Of a stretch of DNA of 64,000 bases, positions 13,251 to 28,380 are shown in pieces (the first letter of the stretch is position 1; every line of letters starts with the position of its first letter). Location: the NCBI GenBank assembly GCA_951406725.2, contig OX597817.1, forward strand, positions 127,038,001-127,102,000, read 5' to 3'. Position numbers and translations under genes: made by a program. The DNA is from Octopus vulgaris (Eukaryota). The notes below the pieces were generated by a model. That model worked only from the letters and a program-made list of their open reading frames with translations, made no database searches and was not told the DNA's origin.

Positions 13251-14029
13251 TACACACACAAACTACCAGACGCGCGGTGGCACGTCCGTAGAACAGTATT
13301 GGATTAGTGAAATGCTCTTGTTTAACTGTAGATGTAAAATAAATATTTTCCGCAACTAATTCCAGTTATGATTGACATCATTTTCATTATTTTACGAGGC
13401 CTGTTAGAGATGATGCCGGTGGCGACAACGGCTTTGGTATTGGTGATGGCTGTGGTGGAACTAGTATTGTTCTTGGTGATGGTAGTGGTGGTGGTGGTGG
13501 TGGTTGTTGTTGTCGTGGGGAGGGTGGGGGTTTTCGCGAGTGATGGATGTAGAAATAGTGTCTGTGAGGATTGCACTGGTTTACTTTTGCCTCAGATTAA
13601 TATTTAACAAGCAGGTTTATATATTGTTGCATTGTACTTTTCCTTCGTGTTTTTTTTCTTAATGGGAGAGTGCAATTTTTAGGGCATTCATGTTTAGATC
13701 CTTCTGAACTTTATTTAAACGAGAGGCAGGTTTTCATGCAAATTTGATTTCTCCACTCTATCATGCCGAGTGTGTATGTACAATTTAATTATCTAGTTTG
13801 TTTTATCAATAGCTCCTCAGCCCGCTGATAAATTAATTTCCCATCGTTTTGCCCTTTGTACTTCTAAAATAATATTCGTATTTAGCACTTCCTTCATGTG
13901 ATACTTCATATATAATTTACTGATGGTCATGAAGACTAACAAAAGATAACGTTTAAATATATCATAATCATCTTAAAATCATTGCCGTAAATGTAAATAT
14001 GAACGTGGATGATCATTATTAGAGACATA

Positions 14030-14215
14030 TGAGGTAGCACGCCATGCAAAATGCTTAGCGGCATTTCGTCCTTCTTTAAGTTCCGAGTTCAAGTTCTGTA
14101 GAGGCTGACTCTGCTTTTCACTTTTTGGGGGATTGATGAAATAAGTCTTACTTGAATCCTGATGTCGATGTAATCGGCAGACCACCTACTCTGAATTTGC
14201 TGGCCATGTGTCAAA
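14030..14215 (+). mobile_element. SINE family A, diverged copy
   Basis: aaaatgcttagcggcatttcgtcc...gagttcaagttctgtagaggctgactctgcttttca...gtcgatgtaatcg, similar to 395-552. Confidence 0.7.
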
Positions 14216-16454
14216 ATTTGAAACCATTATATGAGGGAATATGGGTGCAGACTAAATCAAATAATATATGATCAGATCAATGGATTAAAACTCGATAAAA
14301 TTATAGTACTACTATAAAATACTGTCTGATGATCTTATAAAACTTTACGAAAATATCTCCTCTTCTTAAATACAAGACACGAAATGCTCAAACATTCCGC
14401 AGAAATATATTTTTAGAGATTCAATATAAGCTTTTGCAAAATATATATTTGTTTATCACTCATTCTTATATGAATACTTTTATATTCTGCTTCATTTTGC
14501 TGATGCTACCTACTGCTGCTGCTGCTGCTGGTAGCATTACTTAGAGTTAAAAGCTAAATGTCTTGACCAAAGACGCAATGCTGCAATACTGCCATATTAA
14601 ACCGGCAGCCATAGAATGTCACCGTAGACTTTGAGATCATTCTCTCTTGATTGTAAATGTTTTAATTTAATGGCGTTTCTGCGTCAAAACCAAGTAGTTT
14701 AGTATGTATGATCCACATGTCATGTGAAGTAAATGTGTGATGCAAATGTCAAATTTGACTTAGTTGGTGCGATAATATTGAGCGTTAATGACATAAAAAC
14801 AGACACAATGGAAATATGTAGCCATAGGTAATTTCAGATAGACCTGACATATGATCAATATTTCTCCAGGCATGGGCATGAACACTTTTAACTCTGCTTT
14901 GCATTAGCGTAAGGAATGTGATCTGAGTTGTTTAATTGCTGAATTTTTCAGACCAACTAAACGCAGGTAGCATCAATACAGTGAAACTGACAATGTAAAA
15001 ATATTCATATAACAATGAGTATATAAAGAAATAAATATTTTGTAAAAGCATATATTAGATGTCTGAAAATTGAACGAAAACACTTTGACAGATACTGGCT
15101 CCAAATAATGCTCGACAGAATTTCGAAATATGTCATTAGTGTTTATCCTCGGTAGTCAAACGTTTCTCTGTATCACTTGTATCAAGATGTCCCCCACAGC
15201 CCAACAGCCCACAGCCCAACAGCCTCTCCTGGATTCCCAGCTGTGTACAACAACATATTTATATAGAAATGGAAGTCATTGCCAGTCTTTAAGAAAGTAT
15301 AACCCTCATATCATTGTTTACCGATTAAGCATAGTTGAGATGCGAGGATTAGCTCACGGCTGAGAATATTGAGGAAATTATGTAAATTTCCTGCCAACTT
15401 GCATTTGTGGAAAGTTTTGCCAATAAATTGCTGATTTGGGACTCATGCAATTCAACAAGAATGTCATGAGGATCTTCATCATTTTGCTGCGCGTGATGTG
15501 CTTCCAGCGTCTTCTAATTCTACGCTTTTCCTATCTATTTCAATCTACTTATGAACGCATTTATTCTATTTTATTTTATTTCGATAATAATGTACAATAC
15601 ATACAATATAAAAAATCTTACTGAGAAGCTCCTCTGCATCTCCTATGTTTTACATCTTTAAGTACAAATTACAGATATGGAGAAATGATCAGCAAAATCA
15701 TATAAGTATGTTTTGGTACATGAGTAATTTATAAACATTTAAATATAAATCTATGCAAATACATCTTTATATTTATGATCACTGTTGTCCACATAATAAA
15801 TGTCACAAACATTGACTCCGAATGTTTAGATGAACAACGCGACCCCTCTCTCTGGTACAAACATTCTGTTCTCAACCACAAAAAATTCTTTTTTAATTCC
15901 TCTGAATACATGGCAGATTTCTCAATATATTTCGTCTGATAATCAGAAAGAATATTTTTTTTATTGATATTTATCCTTCATCGCCTTCGGTTTATTTGTT
16001 TATTTGTACTGCCGTAACTGGCTACGACGGTAAAACAAGCCTGATTTATTTATAATGAGTCTCCGTTACTTTTAAAACAGTTTGTCTCTCCTAGAATTCG
16101 GGTAAGATATTTTTCATGTGTTATCCACTTCTCGAAACTTTACGTAACATGCCGTATACTTGTACTTTTATAATCGCTGTTATAGCATGTTTATTTATTC
16201 TTACGATCACCGATAAACGCTAGTAATTTTTTCAAGCGAGACCAGAGGCTACATTCCTCTCATCACATCTGCATAGGATCAAGGAAGCAGTGAACTGGCT
16301 TGCGTAAATGGAGGCACATTTTTTTGGCGAGCCTCAAATGGTGAAGTGAAATGTTATATTAAAAGTACTTTTGGTACTATTTCGTATATTGAAGTAAGAC
16401 GGAGAATAGTAAATCATGTGCATTTCACTTGAAATTTTAGTTGAATAAAGACTG

Positions 16455-16601
16455 ATAAGTAACCTCCGGGTCCAGTTCCACTGAATGGCAACTTGAGCAA
16501 GTGTTTTCTACTATAGCTTTGGATTTGATTGACGGGAAAGAAAAGAATCCTGTCGTATATGTGTGATTGTGAATGAGTGAGTGAGTGAGTGTGTGTGTAT
16601 A

Positions 16602-16644
<43 letters not shown>

Positions 16645-16872
16645 GTATATGTGTGGGTGTTTGTGTTTGTTTCTTACCACCGCTTGACAACCGATGTTGG
16701 CTTTTTTTTGTCCTTTTAACTTGCGGTTCGGCAAAAAGACCCTCGAGGATGAGTACCAAACTTAACAAAAAAAAAACATAAGTACTGGGGTCGATTCATT
16801 CGACTAAAACGTCTGTAAACGGTTGCTCCAGAATGGCCGCAGCCTAATGATTGAAACATGTAGAAGATAAAT
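16455..16872 (+). mobile_element. SINE family B (bipartite, CORE-like head, internal (TG)n)
   Basis: Shares cagttccactg..ggcaacttgagcaagtgttttctactatagc head and cggttcggcaaaaga...gtcgattcattcgactaa...gctccagaatggccgcag tail with other copies in the window. Confidence 0.85.
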
Positions 16873-17857
16873 TTTACAAGATATCCCCTACAAAGTGTTA
16901 CAACTTACTGCTGTAAGTTTTCAAATTTAAATTTAGTTAGTGCACATGATCAGATTCCAACAGAAGCCGGTCACAAAATTGTTTTAGCCACACACTCTGA
17001 AGAATATGAATTTATCAGAGGGACTTATGACTTCGCGATTAAGTGGATTTAGATCCCAAATATTTGTCGATGGATTTCATCACGTCGTGTATATTGTCTT
17101 CGATGACTTATTAATCATTAGTGTTTCTTTTTGGTATCACAGCATAGACAGCATTGAAGCAACAGTTTTCTGTTACTAATTATCATAATATGGTTTGGTC
17201 ATTAACCTTAGAAAATTAACTTTGGTTGTTTAATGTTTAACTATCATAAGTCATTTACTTGATACAATTGCCATCTAAATAAGGACTGGAATATTGGGTG
17301 CATTTATGCAATTCCTAGCAAATCTATCAATACGAAAAGTATCCAAACGGTAAAGTGAAAAGATAATTTGTATAGCACACACACCGTACACGCGAACTAA
17401 CCATATTTTACAGAGACTTCAAAAATATTATATAATGTTTTTTGTGTTTCTGCATGGCAAAAATGAAATAATTCATTTCAACAGATTAAAAATGATAAAA
17501 ATGATACACAAATATATAATTCAACTACTTATTCAAACACAAGACCAATACTACATGTACAAATATAACTACTCCAGACAATCTATTGTTCCTAGTACGG
17601 AGAGAGCTGCTAAATACCGCAAAGAAGTACATTCGCCCGTCAAATATGAACTTATATAAAATGCTATTTTGTTTTCAGTTCACCAGTGTCATATTTATAT
17701 TGTCTATTATTAACTGTGAGTAAATTTTTAACTCTTTTTCTTTAATCAGAGTTCAGTTTGACTTTATATTCCGCAGTTGCTTTGCTATTCTCATTATCAT
17801 TATTTTGACGTATGCTTGTTACAAATAAAATGAAACATTATAATTGGGAAAAACGTG

Positions 17858-17872
17858 TGGTAGTAGTAGTAA

Positions 17873-17923
<51 letters not shown>

Positions 17924-17976
17924 CAGCTGCAGTAGCAGCAGCAGTATTATTAACATTATTAATATTAATGCTGTTG

Positions 17977-18013
<37 letters not shown>
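17858..18013. repeat. Compound (GTA)(GCA)(TTA) microsatellite
   Basis: Direct reading. Confidence 0.95.
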
Positions 18014-18014
<1 letters not shown>

Positions 18015-18568
18015 GAGTGAGAGAGCAGTTCATGCCATCAAAGTGACACTGGGGTAAAATATACGAAGCCCAATATAACCATCATGACTACCCGTCTGAT
18101 AAGGGTACACCAGGCACATGCATCACAACCATATGTGCGCGACATGGTGATCTCATATCAAGATAAACAGCACATGACCTTGCAGGTGGGGCCCAGTTAG
18201 AATTTTCTTCAGGTTGAGTAGCCCATCCCGCTCAAACGGTCCCTGAATAAGGGTTGTTTAAGGATGTTGAAAGAAACACCCATGTTTCCAGAGGTGAACT
18301 ATTCAAACCCCAAAGAATCCCTCTCAACACATGGCTATGATGCTCCCCCACTACTTTTGCTCGTGATCAGAGATGCACATATCGTCAGCCACCAAGGGAC
18401 ATGCTCAACTGGTTAAGGTCAAACAACTGACAAGCAAATCTGTGGTATTGAGCAGAATATTTGCTGTAGCCCATCTTTTATACCAAGACAAAACAATGTA
18501 CATGATAACACTTCCAATCAGTTAAGATCAGAAGCCATGAGAGCCACTGTCTGGTACTGCATCAGGGC

Positions 18569-18570
<2 letters not shown>
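18014..18570 (-). mobile_element. Apparently full-length ~555-bp family T element flanked on both sides by (TAA)n
   Basis: Colinear with 738-1275; minus strand begins gccctgatgcagtacc and ends ctctctcactc(aat)n. Confidence 0.9.
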
Positions 18571-18815
<245 letters not shown>

Positions 18816-19032
18816 CTATGTAAGTAACAGCATTTGTCCTCTCATTTTCTCCTTTGCTATTGTTTTACTTCTCAAATCTTTTACTGCACATATTTCATGA
18901 ACTCAATATATTGATAAGCGACACACCTTTATGCATGCCGTAACAAAAACAAATCTAAAAACAGATGAATAGTGACAGATGATTAAAAGCAAAAATGTAA
19001 TGAATGAAAGCGAGAGCTGAATGTGTTTGTGT

Positions 19033-19102
<70 letters not shown>

Positions 19103-20079
19103 ATATAAAGAATGGTGGTCAGGATTTGGGATCAAACTGGTCTTTGGGAATGGCCGATATGTATGTATTTGTGTATGTCTGGGTATGTTTGTACGTATAT
19201 GATTGAGTGTATTGCCGTTTTGAATTCTTTTCTGAAATTGAAATTAAATTGCGCCTGACTATTAAAAACTCATCCACACACACACACACACACAAACACA
19301 CATACACACACACACACTTTTTTTAAGGTTTTGTTCCAATTTGAACTGCAGTTATACACCAGGTAACGTGTTAAGTCACATGTTCTGAAATTTAAATTTT
19401 GAATTTGTTTTAATAAAATTACACCCAAGCTAAAAACACGTCTTTTGGCTTTGGGAAACAGAATCTTTTCTTTCGCATTCTATATTTTTGTTAAGTTAAT
19501 ATTGCTCTGTTTTCGTCAGGATTTTCCAATTTCCTGTATCAAGCAATGGACAGAAACATTTAAAGAAAATTAAATTCAAAGAGCCGAACAAAATCAAAAA
19601 TATTAATTTTAATGGCAATGATTGAGAAGAGTAAACATTTTCCTTTTCCTTAATACTAACAAGGCCATAGTATCAGGGAGATTTGGCTGTTATTTCTAGT
19701 AAACTGAACAACCACACAGAGAGTATCGCATTGGCTCATTTGTTGATGTGTAAAAGTAAACAAAAACTAAAGGAAACATACACTAGCAAACACATACACA
19801 CACGCACACAAACTAACACACACATATGAATAGGTGGGATTATGATGCAAGCTCATGGTAAAACTCCTCATAACTTGTATTTTTATGAAATTTTTCAAAT
19901 TTTTTTCGATTCTGTCTTCTGCATAATGAAATTGATAAGATTATGCAATAAAAAACTTGTTTTAATTCGTGGTTTTAAAATACAGACAGTAAAAATTTAC
20001 CTTTCATTTCTCTCTATGATTTCCAAATAATTTTTAAATACTTTAATGAAAGAAAGTCAAATGGCGGTTTCACACTTTT

Positions 20080-20560
20080 CCACATAATCCTGGACTTTAC
20101 ATGTGAAATGCTTGTGACATGCTGCATGTCCATCAGCAATATCAGCAAACAGACAGGCTTGCAGTTGTACGACATATAGTCCAAGTAGACGAGAGCCTTC
20201 TTTTTAAGAGGAAAAAATGAACTTGGAAGAGTGCTGAAGAAGTTTTGGATACTTGTGATTGTCGTAACCAACGGTGTGCCAGTTTTTATGTATATATGTG
20301 CGTGTATAAAGGTATAATTAAAACAATACTTATACACCCACGTATATATACATATATGTCTGTAAAACAATGCCTAACGGTGTGGATTTTCTAACACTCC
20401 TATAGAGACAAACGGTTTTCACAATGAATTCCAATTTAATCGGAATTTACATGATCTGAAGCATATTTGTAGAAAAGGAATATTTAATTTTCTCAAGGTT
20501 ATGAAGAAGCAAATCTTTGGGGCACAATTGTGTAGATATGTCGAAATATTTATATATATA
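20080..20560 (+). mobile_element. Probable Merlin (IS1016/ISXO2-like) DNA transposase relic
   Basis: 20176 onward reads IVQVDESL..(fs)KRKNELGRVLKKFWILVIV, matching the V(E/Q)IDES..KRKY.RGR....WVxG motif; boundaries approximate. Confidence 0.5.
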
Positions 20561-21544
20561 CAAGGTTGTATATAAAACTAACTATGTAAAAATGTGTGTG
20601 TATATATATTTGTATGTTTCTGTGTGAATTTATACATGTATATATATATATAATTTTCTGAAGATATTAGAATAATGAAACAAAAGTTAGTCATAACAAG
20701 AGATCTCCCAAAAATCTTTTTCCGTAATATTGAACTAGTGTTTCCGGCACGCATATTTACGCAATTTTGATTTTGAAGTATTTAAAAAATTATTTCGAAA
20801 TTAGAAAGAGAAACGATTTGGTCTCTGTATTTTATAACCACGAATTTTGTGTATGTCAAATTATTTCTCCAGAAGTAAATAGCTTCATAGGAATAAGCTT
20901 GTAAAACTGCATCAAGATAACCAATTTTCAGATTTTTTACTTCCTTTTAAAAAATGCAAATTTTGTGAATGAAGCAAACTACATCCTTAATAAGAAATGA
21001 ATGTTTAATATAACAAATTTTCAGATATTTTTTACTTCATTTTAAAAGAGGGCTGATTTTGTGACTCAAAGAAACTAAATCTAAGTACAGGGAATACCAT
21101 CCCCTACAATTTGCTACTCATATGAACTACATATGTATTTCGACAACTTCTATCAAATACACACTCTTTCTTGAGCATAAAACATCTTCTTCCCGGGTGA
21201 CAATATGTTATGTGTCACATTGTTGCACAAGTTCTACTTGTTTTGATAAGGAAAATCGGAAAGGTGTGAAATGATTTCATCAGCATTTACTTGTAACAAA
21301 GAGCACTTTTTCGACAGACAAGTTGAACACACTCACCAGTTAGGTTTCCACTTATTTATTCTTTATATTTTTTCTTCAAAAGGTTTTCGTTGAGCTTGCA
21401 ACATTGTCATTGAATGCTGACTGTTCGTTATTGTAGTTGTGTTTTTTCTCTGTTTCTGCACATGCATGTGCATCAGATTCCATGTGTGCTTCTGTATGCA
21501 CATGAATATGTTGTATTCACGTACGTACGTATGTATATATGCAT

Positions 21545-21737
21545 CTCTCTTTTACTTGTTTCAGTCATTTGACTGCGGCCATGCTGGAGCACCGCCTTCA
21601 GTCGAGCAAACGACTCCAGGAATTATTCTTTGGAAGCGTAGTACTTATTCTATCGGTTTCTTTTGCCGAACCGCTAAGCTACGGGGACGTAAACACGCCA
21701 TCGTCGGTTGTCAAGCAATGTTGGGGGAACAAACATA

Positions 21738-21772
<35 letters not shown>

Positions 21773-21773
21773 G

Positions 21774-21811
<38 letters not shown>

Positions 21812-21985
21812 CACATATATACGACATACTTCTTTCAGTTTCCGTCTACCAAATCTACTCACAAGGCTTTGGTCGGCCCGAGGCTATAGAAGAAGACACT
21901 TGCGCAAGATGCCACTCAATGGGACTGAACCTGGGATCATGTGGTTGGAAAGCAGGCTACTTACCACACGCCCACACCTGCGTTT
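21545..21985 (-). mobile_element. SINE family B, near full-length
   Basis: Reverse complement carries head (ggtaagtagcctgctttccaaccacatgatcccaggttcagtccca) and tail (gctccagcatggccgcagtcaaatgactgaaacaagtaaaaga) around a CA/TG microsatellite. Confidence 0.9.
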
Positions 21986-22349
21986 ATGTATACATGTGTG
22001 CATGCTTGTTTGTATATGCATATATGTATGTATGCGTGTGTGTGCATGCATTCAGCATATTCATGTGAACACGAGTTCACATAAAGAATCTTGCCAGATA
22101 GGAAAAGTATACGATTATAGTTAAGGGCTACTGGAAATGACCAGCACATGCGCTAGAAGTGGATGCCAAATACCTACACTTCACTCTAAAATTTGTTCTC
22201 TCTATTCAGTTTATTACATGTAGCCCTTAACTATTATCATATTCTTATAATTACATACGTAAAATAGTTAATGTTACCTATACGGTCATTTTATGCGCTA
22301 GGTCACTGATAAAATCCTTTTTTATGATTATATCCTTGTCTTATAAGTT

Positions 22350-22501
<152 letters not shown>

Positions 22502-24028
22502 CTTGGTGCCTTTGTATATGTATTCACAAAAAGGACAAAATGACATTTATCAATACAAGCACTCCTTCAAACACGGACAACACTCCCAAGCACGCACACA
22601 CACACATACACACACACACACACACACACAAAGAGAGATAGAATGTGCATACAGGACGGAGCGATGCTCATTCGGAAATAGTGTTCAATTAGCTATTCCT
22701 TTGTGAACCTATTTTAAAAGTAATCGTTGACAGATAACTAGTTGGGACATATGCAATTAGTGTTTTCGGGGAAGGAGAGGAATTCTCAGAATTAGCTAAA
22801 TGAAATTATAATTTAGAGCTCAGTTGAAGTCATGTATTTAGTTCATATAGTTAAGAAAAATAATAAAAAACGGAATCAAAATAGAGAAAGAGAGTGAGGT
22901 TTAGAGCGATGACGTATAGACCTGCCCTCCTATATAAACTCAGTTATTTAAAAAAATTTTAATTTCCCAGATGTTTTGAAATTTCTATCACCTGAATCAG
23001 CAGAAATATATTCCCTAGCTACCATTGATGGAATATTTAACGAAAAATATTTAGAAATATGTTCTCATACCTTATGAGAATATAATTTCACGTCTTCTTC
23101 AATTTTGCAACGAATTGTAGGAGATATATGAGTATGTAAAACAAATTTTCAATTTGTAATACATTAAATATAAGATAGTCTTTTTATCAGAAATCAATAG
23201 CTTTTATAAATCTACATTCTAGCAGGTAATAATCGGGGACTAACTGAATGTGCTCATATATTCTCATGTGTCCAGTTAAGGAAAAAATCATAACACTGTT
23301 TGGGTGTTTATAGCTGAAAAAATATTACTTATACACACACACACACACGCATATACACACACACACATATATATAGCTAAAGATATAAATGATAGAGAAG
23401 TATTATGTTGAAATTTATTCAACAATAAACATCAAAATATCACGACAAATTTTATATAGTAATTCCAAAACATGTCAAATAGCTTATATTACCGTATTTA
23501 ATAGTACATAAGCTACATTAATTAAAATACACTATCTGCATTAATTCAAAGTACAAAACGTTGATTGAGGATAATGCAGAATATGGGTTACCTCATTGGG
23601 CGAAATAGTTTAAATGTTAAATACACATCGACTTTGTGTAAGACAGTAATTTCGATTTTTCTCTTTTAGTGTGAAATAAAAATCGATTATATATTCTCCA
23701 TTTTGTTTGATCCTTTCCATTTGCCATCTTTCTGGCAACTTCATGATTCTGCTAATAGAACTTTTGGTCGTAACTCAGTCTATTTGCGAAAAACCAAATT
23801 ACTTTCTTGCCAACCCAATACTTTCTAAACTTTGTAGGATATACTCACTTTGCGTTGCAATTTAAAAAACGAACTACGAATTTTCTGATAAGATAAAGGG
23901 GATTTAAGTAATAGAGCGTAAAATGAACATCGTATAAACATTATTAGTACTTAGATAATTACCAAGCATGAATTATTATTATGATATATATTGTGTATTT
24001 AACTACATAGATAGATAATTATACAAGC

Positions 24029-24074
<46 letters not shown>

Positions 24075-24109
24075 GCATATATGTATACATACATATACAC
24101 ATGACACGC

Positions 24110-24158
<49 letters not shown>

Positions 24159-25244
24159 CATACATATATATATCTATATATGCATACATATATATAAAAA
24201 TATATATATATGTATATGTATGTATGTATGTATATTTAGAATTTGAGAAAGTTATATCCATGTATAGGATTGTTAGAAACAATATTGATGCCAACTGGGT
24301 TTAACCAAATATATTGATAGGAAGAACATATATAAATATTATCCTCAAATACAATATTTCGTTACTGAAGACTAAAACACACTTATTTTTCCTGAAGACA
24401 TCTAACAATATACAGACTATTGCATCTTTTAAAATTATAATTATTGATGATTCTTAAATATTGTTATATCGAAACATTAATATGTAGAATATCTTTTTCT
24501 TTTTGATATTTTGGGTTGTCTTTTTTTTTTTTTTTGGTTGAGGCGGCTCCTTTCATACTCTTATAGGTATCATTTTTCTTCTTTTAATTTGCATTACTTT
24601 TCAAATTGTAATACAAATAAAACAAACCAAGCATCTTTTTAATTTTTCTTCTCCATTTTCTTTTATTGAATTTTTAATTATATATACATTTATATTTGTG
24701 AGAATTTGTTTTGGAGTTGGAAAATGCACGTGAATTCCAAAACGTGTAGCATTTTAAAACTGTTATAATAGATTTATTCAGATACCAAATAGTTTGCGAA
24801 AATGTTTTGCTTATCAATGATAAAAATAAATATATAAATTGTTGAGGAGAGTCTAAAATTACAAGGTAAAGTTTGGAAAAACATATTTAAACGATCAAAT
24901 ATTCATGTGTTCATAGAAATTTCAATGAGATTGACAGTAATATTAGTGTAAATGTTGGATAAAGGTCGTAACAAACATACATAATTGAAAATACAGTCAT
25001 ATTCAGTTTGAAAATAAGGGGTATGCAAGAGAAAAAGATGGAGAGAAGTACAAAAAGTTCTTTGTTTCCAATGTCTTTGGTAGTACTTGTCGTTCTTTTC
25101 TCAGTTGCAATCGAAGTGCACGAGTCTCCTAAACTAGTTCGAAGTGTTTTAAGTCCAAATCTTTTAGTACTTAAATATGCGCGTGTGTATGTGTGTGAGT
25201 ATGCTATGTGTGTGTGCGCGCGAGTTCGAACGTATGCATGTGTG

Positions 25245-25466
25245 TATTCTTTTACTTGTTTCAGTCATTTGACTGGCTATACTGGAGCACCGCTTTTAGT
25301 CGAGCAAACTGATCCAAGAGCTTATTCTTTGTAAGCCTAGTCTATTTGTCTGCTTTGCCGAACCGCTGAGTTACGAGGACGTAAACACACCAGCATCAGT
25401 TGTGAAATGATGTTGGGGTGATAAACAGAAAAACAGACATAAGCACACACACACGTACACACACAG

Positions 25467-25531
<65 letters not shown>

Positions 25532-25690
25532 CTGCTGCTTCTTTCAGTTTCCTTTTACCAAATGCATTCACAAGGCTTTGGTCGGCTCGAGGCTATAGTA
25601 GAAGATACTTTCCGAATGTGCCACGGAGTGAGACTGAACCCGAAACTGTGTGGTTGGTAAGCAAGCTACTTACCACGTATCCACTCCTAT
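25245..25690 (-). mobile_element. SINE family B, near full-length
   Basis: Colinear with 21545-21985. Confidence 0.9.
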
Positions 25691-26224
25691 GTATGTATAT
25701 TCTGTTTTTATATTTCATGATCACCGTCAGTGTTATATTCAGATTTACATTTCCTAATTTGCCATTTAATCCATCAAATTCCAAAGGGAAATAGCCCACA
25801 CTTTCACAGCAATAGCCTCCATATTAACGTTACTTATTCACCATCACGTACAGCTATTCACTAATGTAGCTGTGGCAACCGCTTCTTGATTTTTTATCTT
25901 TTGCATTATTATGATCGCTAGAGTTAGAATGTTATTTTGTCATTTTGCATAAGAAAACAAATGTTAGTGGAATCCTAATTTTCGTTGCAGTAGCAACGAT
26001 CAACAACATCATCGTCATGAATATCATTTTCACGTTCATCTTTGTATGTTTGACAAACTTTCGTACTTTCAGCTTAGGCTTAGAATTGTTGCCAATTGAT
26101 GCAACATTTATTCCTCTCTCCCAAACTCGATTCTTATGTCCCATGCCTATATATTTTTGTTGTGTTGAGAACATTCTCAAAACAATCTTCATTTTACTTG
26201 AAATCCTCCTCAGTATCCACCTAA

Positions 26225-26252
26225 ACATCATTGTCATCCTCATCGTCGTCGT

Positions 26253-26286
<34 letters not shown>

Positions 26287-26433
26287 TTCATCATCGTCGT
26301 CGTCGTCGTTTTCATCCTCGGCGGCGTCATCTTAATAACTCTCATGTAAAAATACATCGTCCGTACGCATGTATTCAACCCAAGCGCTATCTTCATTATT
26401 GTTGTTGTTGTTATTATTATTATTATTATTATT

Positions 26434-26477
<44 letters not shown>

Positions 26478-26500
26478 TATTATCATCATCGTCGTCGTCG
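26225..26500. repeat. Compound (ATC)(GTC)(GTT)(ATT) microsatellite cluster
   Basis: Direct reading. Confidence 0.9.
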
Positions 26501-28344
26501 AACAAAAAAGAACACAAGCAGTGTTTCTTCCGACTCATTACATTTACCTGTGCAGTATTGTGGTTTTTCTCATCGCCCGACGCCCCACCCCTAAACATTT
26601 ATGGCGTTGTATCTAAATTGGAAGCAATTTTTGTTTCCATCACAAAACATTCGTTTGCAGAACGTAAACAACCAGAATACTACACACGAAACTTACCCAC
26701 ATTATGCATGTATGTAGTTATTTGGTATTAGGACATTTATAAATTCATTTATCAAATTAGAGTACATTAATCACAAACCGATAGAATTCTAAGAAAAACG
26801 AGAGATGGAAACTCATATTGTGTTGGTGCTATAGAAATAATAGGATTCCCCCACAAAGGATAGAATATCTTTAAAGAAGATAATAGCAACCTTTCATTAA
26901 CAAAAAATATGGCTCTTTCTTTGCGAATTTAAAGAATTCTTTTTAGACCGAAGGTTCCAACAATTTACAGCAGACTACTAGTACCTAAAATAATATCATA
27001 TTTTTAGACGAAAACCGATTTTAGTGTTCACGTTTATTACAGGGCCGAAAATATGATGGCTTAATTATTATGGCATAGTGCGGTACGGAACTCAGATTTC
27101 CTCAAGGGATTTCATTGAGATGCGATAACCATCAGAGATATTACATAATGTTTGACACACTCAGTCATCACACTTAGATAATACAGTTGAATGATTCATT
27201 TCTTGTGAGGTCCAACTTATTCGTATAGTCTGTGCTGTGTAATTTTACAAATACTTATCGTACGAGCTGCTAAAGATATCCCGAAAGTCGGAAATCATGA
27301 CGGTAGCTTGGACACGAGCAACAGTGTTTTGCTTCTTAGCTGTATTAAAAACAATATTCACAACATCTGTATTACGATCGGTTTTCAAACAAATCTGTTA
27401 ACTGATAATATTGGCGTCAGACACTCGTAGAATAATCTTCTCTAAATTGCAGGGACAATGCCATTAGATACCAGACAGATAGCCTACAATTTATATTTAC
27501 AATGCAGAAACCTTTTTCCTGGTTACTTTCTCCTGCTATTTTGATGATATTTATAAATAGTGAACTTCATTCATATTAATTTTGAATAGATTAGATTCAA
27601 CTATGAATGCATTTCTCCTGTGCAGAAGATGCTTCTCTCTTAATGTATAAGAACCAAACTTACAGATGTGGACATTCAAAGTACGATCGATATCATTTGA
27701 ATTGTTTTTCTCAAAAACTTCACTTCAATGATATTATAGGATTAAAATCTTCTAAGTAGTAAAGAAATCTAGAGGGAGTCTCTAGCAATTAGATAGTGCA
27801 TGGAAATTTAGTTTTGTGTTTTCGTAATCCTTTTGCACGTTTCTCTTCCCTATATGACACTTTAAAGATACTAGTGCAAAGTCGAGTATGATATATAAGA
27901 ACCATTGCGTACAGACATCTTTGCTGCCTATATATTTACAACGGAATTATATTGTGTTCACAAAACTTCCCTAGATTTCATAACCTTCAACAAGAATATT
28001 TTGCATTTAATCATTCATATATGTGTGGTGGTGGTGGTGGTGGGGAAATTTAAATTAATTCGTAAATAGCGAAGACGGTGGATGTAGGATGCAAATATGC
28101 TAACTTACATACATGTATTGTCTTATTCCACGTCAGACTGAGTAATAAATACAGGTATAAAATAACACAGGTTCACACAAACATATATCCCAAAATATAT
28201 AAATTCATATTCCGATACCTACATATGTGTTTTTAAAAGAATGGAAATTTCACATTAGATTTTCATTTGTTTTTTTTTTTATTCAGGGTGAAATATGATA
28301 AAATGATACATGAATCAGGACTTAGAAAACTGTCATTCACACCG

Positions 28345-28380
<36 letters not shown>

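Noticed and set aside
18180-18260. Possible HDV-like ribozyme within the family T element
   Set aside because: Could not build a convincing nested double pseudoknot by eye; needs a descriptor search
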